Origin: Thraustochytrium aureum | Taxonomy: Eukaryota | Reading direction: 5' to 3' | DNA: 20,000 nt | NCBI GenBank assembly: GCA_012862495.1 | Contig: BLSG01000215.1 | Location: 86,880 to 106,879 of the forward strand | Part shown: positions 1 through 8,102 of the stretch, in pieces | Layout: every line of letters begins with the position of its first letter | Numbering within the stretch: the first letter of the stretch is position 1 | Translations under genes and position numbers: made by a program | Notes under the pieces: generated by a model | The model's input: the letters and a program-made list of their open reading frames with translations, nothing else | What the model was told of the DNA's origin: nothing | The model's database searches: none

Positions 1-1
1 C

Positions 2-1834
2 ACGATGACGCGTGGGTCGCAATTTCGCGTTGAGGGCGTGATGGTTCGCGTTGCGAAGCCACTCAACTACGTCATGCCAAGTCCCGACCGCACGCAGGTG
101 GCCACGCAGCCGGGACTCGAGTATATTGCGCTCAACCTTGAGCCACAGTCGGCGATGTACTGCGACCCCGTCGCTGTGCTCGACTTTCGTTCGCTGTACC
201 CATCCGTCATAATCGCCTACAATCTGTGCTTCTCGACGTTCGTGGGCAAGGTGCGGCGCAACGGCGACGGCGAGCTATCGTACGAGTCTGGCGTCTTTAC
301 CACGCGGCCGTGCGACCGGGCCGGATTCCCGACGCACGCTCAGCTGCGCAACATGCTCCGCCGCGACGAGCTCTTGGTGCTCTCAAGTGGGGCTGTGTTT
401 GTCAAGGAGTCGGTGCGTCGCGGGGTCCTGCCCATCATGCTGCGCGAGATATTGGAGACGCGGTTCGCAGTCAAGGACGGCTTGAAGGTTTGCAAACGCC
501 AAGGTCGTGACGCGTGGCGGCGCGTGTTGGACGCGCGCCAGCTCGCGCTCAAGCTTCTTGCGAACGTGACGTACGGATACACTTCGGCCTCCTATTCCGG
601 GCGAATGCCAATGTCCACGCTGGCTGACGCTATTGTCTCGCAGAGCAAGCGCGCCTTGGAGACCACGATGCGCCTGGCGGTGCACCCCGAGTCGCCCTGG
701 TTTGCGCGGTGCCCAAAGCCCCCGCGAGTTGTGTACGGGGACACCGACTCGCTGTTCCTGGTCCTCCCTGATTGCAAGCTCGAAGCCGCCTTTGAGATCG
801 CCAACCACCTTGCAGAGCACGCCACGACTTTATTCCCGGCGCCGATGAAGCTGCAGATGGAAAAGGTCTACCTGCCGAGCATGCTCGTTGCCAAAAAGCG
901 GTACTGCGGCATGCGGTACGACGACCCCAAGGCCCCGCCAACAATTGAGAGTAAGGGCCTCGAAACCATCCGCCGGGACTCGTGCCCGCTGATGCAGCGC
1001 GTGATGAACGACATGCTCCACGTGCTTTTCACAACGCGTGACGTGTCCGCCGCGAAGCGCGCGTTCCAAGGGCACATGCGCGACGTTCTCGAGAACCGAG
1101 TGAGCGTGCGAGAGTTTGTGTTCGCCAGCAAGGTCAAGGTCCCGATCGAGTCTTCGTATCGTGCGGCAGTGCTTCCGCCGAGCGTCGCGGTCGCCAAAGC
1201 GCAGGCAGAGCGCGACCCAATGCTGATGCCTGTTCACAAGGAAAGGGTTCCCTACGTTATCGTGAATGGGCCGCCCTCAGCGCGACTCGTCGACATGGTG
1301 GAGCCGCCACACCCGGAAGCCAACATCAACGCTCTCTACTACATCCGCAACAAGCTTGTCCTGCCTCTCAACCGGCTCTTGCGGCTCCTTCACGTTGACG
1401 TGGAGCGCTGGTACAAGTCGATGAACAAGTCGCCCACGCTTTCCCTGCGAATGCTGCGAGGGACTTCATCCAAGTCGCGCTTCGGAAAGGCTGGCGAGGC
1501 GGCCGTAGCGTCGTCTGCTTCCGTATCTGACTGGATGCATCGCAGCGCCGAGCTTGCCGCTCAGCGCGGCGGCGGACTCGCGGGCCGCGGGATCCACCGT
1601 CACTTTCAAACGCTCACGTGCGCGGCGTGCGGGTCGTCGTTTGGGGCGCACGTTGCCGGGACGCGCGAGAGAGAGGCCACAGCGGACGGCGACTTTGGCG
1701 AGGACCGCGTTTGCGCACTGTGCAAGACGCGCCCGCAGGCAGCTGCGCTAGCTCTCGTGATTCGTGGCGCGAAGCGGAGCGCCGCCGCCTGCGCTGCGAG
1801 TACACCTGCAAGGCGTGCACAGGCGAGCTTGGTT
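2..1834 (+). CDS. REV3: DNA polymerase zeta catalytic subunit (family B, REV3), C-terminal part. It is 5'-truncated by the window edge, the 3' end lies in an N gap, and there is one frameshift near 1768.
   Basis: Family B motifs DFRSLYPS (region II), KLLANVTYGY (region III), YGDTDS (region I), KKRY and KGLETIRRD. REV3-typical segments RGSQFRVE, LEPQSAMYCDPVAVLDF, YTSASYSGRMP and ERVPYVI are present. The C-terminal CysA (CAAC...CALC) is in frame, and the start of CysB (CEYTCKACTG) appears in the -1 frame. Confidence 0.95.
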
Positions 1835-2298
1835 NNNNNNNNNNNNNNNNNNNNNNNNNNNNNNNNNNNNNNNNNNNNNNNNNNNNNNNNNNNNNNNNNN
1901 NNNNNNNNNNNNNNNNNNNNNNNNNNNNNNNNNNNNNNNNNNNNNNNNNNNNNNNNNNNNNNNNNNNNNNNNNNNNNNNNNNNNNNNNNNNNNNNNNNNN
2001 NNNNNNNNNNNNNNNNNNNNNNNNNNNNNNNNNNNNNNNNNNNNNNNNNNNNNNNNNNNNNNNNNNNNNNNNNNNNNNNNNNNNNNNNNNNNNNNNNNNN
2101 NNNNNNNNNNNNNNNNNNNNNNNNNNNNNNNNNNNNNNNNNNNNNNNNNNNNNNNNNNNNNNNNNNNNNNNNNNNNNNNNNNNNNNNNNNNNNNNNNNNN
2201 NNNNNNNNNNNNNNNNNNNNNNNNNNNNNNNNNNNNNNNNNNNNNNNNNNNNNNNNNNNNNNNNNNNNNNNNNNNNNNNNNNNNNNNNNNNNNNNNNN
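1835..2298. other. Assembly gap (464 N)
   Basis: Run of N. It hides the 3' ends of both convergent genes. Confidence 0.99.
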
Positions 2299-4315
2299 TG
2301 ATAAACGTGTCCAAGCCACGAAGTACCTTGCCTGCGTCTTGGAGTGTTATGGAAAGGCTATACCGGTCGGCAAAGAATCCTTGGATCATCTTGCGCGTGG
2401 CGCCCGGAGTCAAGAAGCCTGTTTTCGCGGGGTCGAGGAACTCGTCCCACAGCGCCACGGCGTTGACATCGCCTGCAGTGTACATCGTTTCAAGGACGTC
2501 GATGCACTCCTCTTTGGATATTTTCCGCCGGTCGCGCCGGCGCCGCGCCTTGACTTTCACGAGCTTGCCATCTGCGGTCCGGGTCCAGGTCCAGGAGTCC
2601 TGTCTGCTCGGGCCCAACGTGGAGCTCGACCCTGTTGAAGCTAAGTTGTTGCTGTACTGTTGCTGCGTTTGGTCCATCGATATCTCGTGGTACAGCGAGC
2701 CCGGGCGCTCCGCGTTCGCTGGCGAAAGTGGCGGTCGATTGGTTTGCGGGTGGCTGGACCACTCGGGGTCAAACCCAGGGGACTGCAAGAGCGCCCTGGC
2801 CGCGTGGGAATGGAATTGCTCCGGTGTAATGGAGGAAAGTGTCGCGAGGCGCGGCGCGCCGTCGAGCCCCTGGGTAACACCGGGCAGTGGGGCGACGCCG
2901 TGGAGCTCTCCAGCTTGGCTGCCGACGACGATGGCGGCGCCGGGGAGATGCGTCGGGCACAAGTTGCACTGGCCTGCGAGAATGGGGTCGCCGGACGACA
3001 TATTCACCGAGGCATTTTTGGTGAGTCTGTCCGCCGACTGCGTCCTGCGGAGGCTGCGAATCCTCGGTGAGAATTGCTGCCGCGTGCGCTCGATGGCCCT
3101 CTTTGCGTCGCAAAACGCGTAAATAGTGTCGAAGACTCGGGCGGCGAGGCGAGGCGCCATTATGCTTGCGTACTCGCTGTCTTCGCCTGGCGGGAGCGGC
3201 GCGTGCTTGTACCCGTGCGGGAGCTCGAACCCGTCGACCTCGTGCGTGTCAATGTACCTTGCCACTTGGTGCCAAGCGCGGGGATCGAGGCCCTTGCCTT
3301 CCGTCGGGGTGTCGATTATCTTGCTGTGCATTAGTCGGAACAGAGGGCTGGGCGTCTGTCCGACAAGCGCGCATAAAACGTGTTCCTTTAGCATGGTGTT
3401 TGCCACTCGGTCAGCGTACGCCCGAGTGTTGAAGCCTTGCGACCAGTGGGACCGGAGGGTGACAGTTATCACTTGCGAGAGAAAGATCATAATGAGGATT
3501 CCCAGCACGCGCGTGAAGACGTAGAAGGGCCGTTCCCAAGTCGCGTAGAGCTCTCCGGAGCTGTTGCGAGGTGCAAGGCCCACGAAAGCACAGAGCAAAA
3601 ACGCCGACCACAACAAGCGGAAAGACTGCTGCTTCGCCGCGGCAAAGTAAAAGATGACGTGCGACAGGTTGCGCTTGAGCCGTGCCGACTCAAAGTAGCC
3701 GAGCACTGCCTTGGCACTGATCAAGAAAGTTGCTTGGAGCACTTCGACTATGATGAACAAGCAAAGGGAAACTCCGACGACATCCAGCGCGCGGCCAACA
3801 GAGACTTGATCGACGTGGACCTCAATGACAATTCCCGCAACGATCAGCGCGAGACCAAACCCGGCCGATACCCACTCTACTGTCTGGGTGAGCAGCGCTA
3901 TGGGCTGGCCTTCGACGGCTCGGGCCATGGCCTCATTGAGTGCGCCTTCCTCATCGTCCACGAAAGATTCGCTGAGGCCCGCGTCAGAGCTTGCTGCGTT
4001 CCTCTTGGAGCTTGGGCTAGCCCAGTCGGCGTTGTCCCCGCCTTGCAGCTTTGTGTCGCCTAGAAAGTGGACATGAGTTGATGCGTGTCCTGAGCCCGGA
4101 ATATTCACCACCTCCTCCAAGTTGTTGTTGTGTTCGTTGACGTAGCTTGTGGAGTAGCTCGTCGTACTGCCCGCGTTCTGATCCGTCAGCTGCTCCTCCC
4201 CAGAGGTTTCGCGTCTCGTTTGTTCGTCAGTCACGGACGCCGCGGTCGCAGTCCTGCGAAGAATCCGGCTCGTCACGGACGTTCGTTGATACGCTTCAGC
4301 CGCAGCCGCGTCCAT
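2299..4315 (-). CDS. Eukaryotic MscS-like (MSL/Msy-type) mechanosensitive ion channel, N-terminal and middle part. The conserved MscS core continues into the gap.
   Basis: First ATG at 4315 (MDAAAAEAY). A disordered N-terminus is followed by about four hydrophobic helices, then SQGFNTRAYADRV (like the MSL motif FH...YFDRI), a long loop, a degenerate EF-hand and FFADRYSLSITLQDAGKVLRGLDTFI (like the MSL segment ERxALxxTLxDxxTAVxxL that precedes the pore helices). Confidence 0.82.
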
Positions 4316-5024
4316 CCCGTTCGCACAGCGCCAACCTCCGCCGCCTGCAGCCGCACCACTTTGTGGTTCCCAGTTGGTTTCTCGTTCAGGACCTGGCTCT
4401 CGGCTCGGCGTCACCTCGCACGTTCGGCTGCGCGGCTCGGCTCGCCCGTCGGGCCCTGTCACGGCCGTCCACGAACGACGGAAGGTCGCGCACTGCCGCC
4501 TGAAGACGGTCGCGTTCTCTGATGTCAGTGAATACGCGAAGAGCCCGCAGGACGAGCGAGATGGAGGTGGGGGTTTGTCGATGCGTTGGAAGCTAGTACT
4601 CTACAGCGGGGTAGAGCAACTCGGAGGTCTGTCTGCCTCATTGTCGAGGGAACTGCGCAGCGCGCTCGTGCGTAGGTAAGGCGTACCTACCGTACCCCGT
4701 ACCGTAGACGTGCGTTCGAGTTGGTCACCGCTGGACGGCTGGACGCATCGGTCGACACGACCGCAGCTTGCCATGAGCGAACAGCGTACATGGAGCGGCT
4801 TTGCACAAGAAATGGCGCGTTGGTCGCAAGTGAAGGCTGCGGCGCGCGGGGTCCGGTATTTTTTTTAAAATGGAAACCACACGTCGCAAGTGGGGTCCTC
4901 GCACAGTTGTGAGGCGAAGGAGTAGCGGATCGTTCCCCGCAACGATTTGGGGTCGTTCACCGTGACGCCGTGACGAGGGAGATCCGGCGTGACGAAAGAG
5001 GTCACTGCTCAAGGACTACCTACT

Positions 5025-6263
5025 CTAGTTGTTCTGGGCGAGCACGGTGACGAGGCGCTCAAGGTTGTCGCCCGAGTTTTGGTCCTCGAGGAAGTCAAAG
5101 AGGGAGGTCTTCTTGCCATCGACCACGACCTGCGCGTCCGCCATCCACTGCTTGAGCTTCTCCTTGGGCACGCCGAGGCTGAGGACAGCCTTGCCGAAGA
5201 CGTCGTTGTCCAGGTCGGCGCCGCACCAGTTGACGCGCTCGGCCATGGCCTCGAAGGGGCTCGCAGAAGCGTGGACTCCGTTGTCGCCGACGTCCGGGAC
5301 CGCCGGGAGGCCGAGCTCTTCCCACTTTTCGTAGATGACGCGGCGGAGCGAGCCCTCCTCGGCGGTGGTCGGGTCGGTGCCGCCGAGCACCTTGCCGCGA
5401 AAGTCCTCCCAGGCCAGCTGCGCGGGGTCCCACTCGACCACAAAGTAGTGGATCTTGGCAGGGGGCGAGCAGTACTTTTGGCGCATCGACATGTAGAACC
5501 CGTTGATGATGTAGATGCCGTCCACCTTGCCCACGTAGTGGCCGCCTCCAAACTTGAGCAAGTCCTTGTCGCGCGACAGCGTCGACCACTTGGCGTCCAG
5601 CTGCTCGCCGTCGATGCCGAGCTTCTTGCACGCGTCAGCCGCGTTGAAGACCTTGCCCTCCGCGACCGCGGCGGCCCAGTCCTCGCCAAACATCTCCTTG
5701 AACTGCTTCTGGCCCTTCTCCGGCACGTTCTGGTCCTCCGGCTTGAGCGAGACCGCCTTGCTCGCGATCGCGCCGTAGTGCGTGTCAATCAGCTGCTTGC
5801 TGTCAATTACGTCGTGCCCCAGCGTGCCCTCGGCCTTGACCTCGATCCCGGCCTTGGCGAGCCCCTCCGCCACGAGCTTCTCCACCGCGTCCGTCACGGC
5901 GTGGGGCTTGATGAACACGAACGCCTGGTTCTTCGCAGAGGCGGCCATAACGGCGAACGCGCTCTCGATCTTTTGCACCCGGCCCTCGAGCGACGCGATG
6001 CGCTCCTCGTCCGCGCCCGACTCGATCACCACGGTCACCGAGCTCTCCGCCGGCTCGCTCGCCGCCGTCGCGGCAGGCTCTGCCTCAGCAGGCGCCGCCT
6101 CTCCGCCGCGCCCAAACGCGAGCAGGCACAGCATGCCAGCGGCAGCGCCGCCCGCCGCCTGCATGTTGAACGAGTTCGCGCTCGTGCTCGCGCTGCCGCT
6201 CGCCAGCCCACGTCGGGCCACGCGCAGCCCTTGGCCGCGCCCGGCAATCACGAGCACCCCAGC
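5025..6263 (-). CDS. Atypical long-form nucleoside diphosphate kinase with an N-terminal targeting-like extension. The start codon probably lies in the gap.
   Basis: NDK elements AFVFIKPHAV, IDTHY, FRGKVLGGTDPTTAEEGSLR (Kpn-loop region) and DNGVHASASPFEAMAER (catalytic His codon at 5271-5273). Third codon positions are strongly G/C, and the stop is at 5025. Confidence 0.88.
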   Translation of the reverse strand, partial: AGVLVIAGRGQGLRVARRGLASGSASTSANSFNMQAAGGAAAGMLCLLAFGRGGEAAPAEAEPAATAASEPAESSVTVVIESGADEERIASLEGRVQKIESAFAVMAASAKNQAFVFIKPHAVTDAVEKLVAEGLAKAGIEVKAEGTLGHDVIDSKQLIDTHYGAIASKAVSLKPEDQNVPEKGQKQFKEMFGEDWAAAVAEGKVFNAADACKKLGIDGEQLDAKWSTLSRDKDLLKFGGGHYVGKVDGIYIINGFYMSMRQKYCSPPAKIHYFVVEWDPAQLAWEDFRGKVLGGTDPTTAEEGSLRRVIYEKWEELGLPAVPDVGDNGVHASASPFEAMAERVNWCGADLDNDVFGKAVLSLGVPKEKLKQWMADAQVVVDGKKTSLFDFLEDQNSGDNLERLVTVLAQNN

Positions 6264-6729
6264 NNNNNNNNNNNNNNNNNNNNNNNNNNNNNNNNNNNNN
6301 NNNNNNNNNNNNNNNNNNNNNNNNNNNNNNNNNNNNNNNNNNNNNNNNNNNNNNNNNNNNNNNNNNNNNNNNNNNNNNNNNNNNNNNNNNNNNNNNNNNN
6401 NNNNNNNNNNNNNNNNNNNNNNNNNNNNNNNNNNNNNNNNNNNNNNNNNNNNNNNNNNNNNNNNNNNNNNNNNNNNNNNNNNNNNNNNNNNNNNNNNNNN
6501 NNNNNNNNNNNNNNNNNNNNNNNNNNNNNNNNNNNNNNNNNNNNNNNNNNNNNNNNNNNNNNNNNNNNNNNNNNNNNNNNNNNNNNNNNNNNNNNNNNNN
6601 NNNNNNNNNNNNNNNNNNNNNNNNNNNNNNNNNNNNNNNNNNNNNNNNNNNNNNNNNNNNNNNNNNNNNNNNNNNNNNNNNNNNNNNNNNNNNNNNNNNN
6701 NNNNNNNNNNNNNNNNNNNNNNNNNNNNN
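6264..6729. other. Assembly gap (466 N)
   Basis: Run of N. Confidence 0.99.
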
Positions 6730-6953
6730 TCCTCGACTTGGACGATCGAAGCTCGCGAGTTGCACGGGGCGCGCGACAGGAGCTTCTGGCGACGAGCCCC
6801 CGCCCCGGTCTCGAATGAACCACTCCCACCCATAGCAACCAACTTTATCAACCGAACGAAACCATGTGCCAAACGTCTGTTCTGCATCGGAAGATGGACG
6901 ACGGCTGGCGAGTCTTCATAGCGAGACATGGACTGTGCTTCGGCAGCCCACTG

Positions 6954-6980
6954 CCGTCCTGACCGTCCTGACCGTCCTGG
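6954..6980. repeat. Short tandem repeat, 3 x 9 bp (CCGTCCTGA)
   Basis: ccgtcctga ccgtcctga ccgtcctgg read directly, about 70 bp downstream of the DsbA-like stop. Confidence 0.8.
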
Positions 6981-7051
6981 GGTGCAGCGAACGAGCGGCA
7001 GTCGCAGTTGCGCAGCGACGCCGGTTGCGCGCAATGAGCGCCGTCGGATGA

Positions 7052-7755
7052 TCAGGGTGAGGAGCCCGCGGCCTTCATCGCCTTGAGGACCTCGCGGTCG
7101 TCCTGCGCGCCGGAAAGCGTGCCCGTGAGCTGGCCATTGCTGTTGAAAAAAGACATCTGGGGAACACCTTCCTCCTGCGCCCGCGCTGCCGCAGCCTGCT
7201 CGCAAATCGCTTCGACCGCAGCGCCATCGGACACGGCAGAAAGAACAAATTCCCGGAGAGCCCAACGCGCGCGCCAAGCTCCACCAAGACTTGGTCCGAG
7301 TCGATGTTGGCAAAGTCAATGTGAAAAGCCTTGAAGATGCTGCCGGCGAGGTCCCGCAGTTTCGTATTCTTGTCCAGCGCAGCTGCGGCGGCCGCCATGA
7401 GCGCGTGGGCTTTTGCAGAGTTTACCATCCTGCGCGCGGCGACGTCGGTGCGAAAGTAGATTCCAACGTCTGCTCCCATCTGATATAGCATCGAGGCGCG
7501 CATCTCCTTGGGGCTGGTCGACGCCCGGGCCTCCGCCTCCTCGACCGAGAGCCCCTTGGCGAGAAAATAGTCCATCACCGACAGCCCATCGCCGTGCGGG
7601 ATGTCCTTGTTGAGCTGGTAAGCCACGAAGTCGACGTGAAGGTCAAACTTGTCGCTCCATGCGGCGGCTACCGTCTCGAGCGATTGCTGCCCGATGTAGC
7701 ACCAGGGGCACAAGAAGTCGCTCACAAGGCGGACGACGACCGGCGTCGGGGCCAT
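7052..7755 (-). CDS. DsbA-family (FrnE-like) thioredoxin-fold oxidoreductase, about 234 aa once a single frameshift near 7254 is repaired
   Basis: MAPTPVVVRLVSDFLCPWCYIG (CxxC), AYQLN and NSAKAHAL are in the 7075..7992 frame. The C-terminal EEGVPQMSF (cis-Pro loop) and LSGAQDDREVLKAM are in the 7052..7234 frame. The joined reading is ...RVGLS-[R/G]-EFVLSAVSDG... Confidence 0.88.
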
Positions 7756-7830
7756 CGCGAGATGCCGCGAGCACCTGGTTTGCGCTCCGTCAGGCGCTCC
7801 GGCTTGCTGTCGCAGGGGAAATTTCGTGCC

Positions 7831-7880
7831 CCAAGCGGCCGGGTGCACCAAGCGGCCGAGTGCACCAAGCGGCCGAGTGC
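7831..7880. repeat. Tandem repeat, about 3 x 17 bp (CCAAGCGGCCGRGTGCA)
   Basis: ccaagcggccgggtgca ccaagcggccgagtgca ccaagcggccgagtgc. It is intergenic, 76-125 bp upstream of the DsbA-like ATG. Confidence 0.9.
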
Positions 7881-8102
7881 TGCCGCGCCTTCTTCGCACT
7901 CGCAGAGCGGGGGCGTTGCGGGCGCTCGCTCGACTGAAAACTCTGCCAAAACGAAAACACACTCGCTTGCGCAACTCCTGTGGCGCGACCACAATCTTTT
8001 CTTTCTGTTTTTGTTGGCGTACGGGTTGATTGAGTAGGTAATGTTACAGAACGCCGAGCAGCTTCCGTTCGGCTGGCTTTCCATTCCTCTGGTCATGATG
8101 CA

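Noticed and set aside
2..1834. Family B polymerase as a sign of a giant virus, Polinton or other mobile element
   Set aside because: REV3-specific motifs and the C-terminal Cys clusters indicate cellular Pol zeta, and the neighbours are ordinary cellular genes.
2299..2638. Continuation of the 877-aa REV3 ORF beyond the gap
   Set aside because: It is an artefact of reading through Ns. This stretch is antisense to the MscS-like gene.
4989..6818. 609-aa plus-strand ORF
   Set aside because: It is the antisense shadow of the GC3-biased NDK gene, extended through Ns, with no recognisable motifs.
6730..7319. Long N-terminal extension of the NDK ORF (764 aa), or an NDK-DsbA fusion
   Set aside because: It is joined only through the N gap and overlaps the DsbA-like C-terminus in a different frame. 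The DsbA-like gene has its own stop at 7052.
7831..7880. CRISPR-like array
   Set aside because: The units are directly adjacent with no spacers, there are no cas genes, and the context is eukaryotic.
7756..7992. 79-aa N-terminal extension of the DsbA-like ORF
   Set aside because: It starts at a non-ATG codon and crosses the tandem repeat. The domain begins right after the ATG at 7755.
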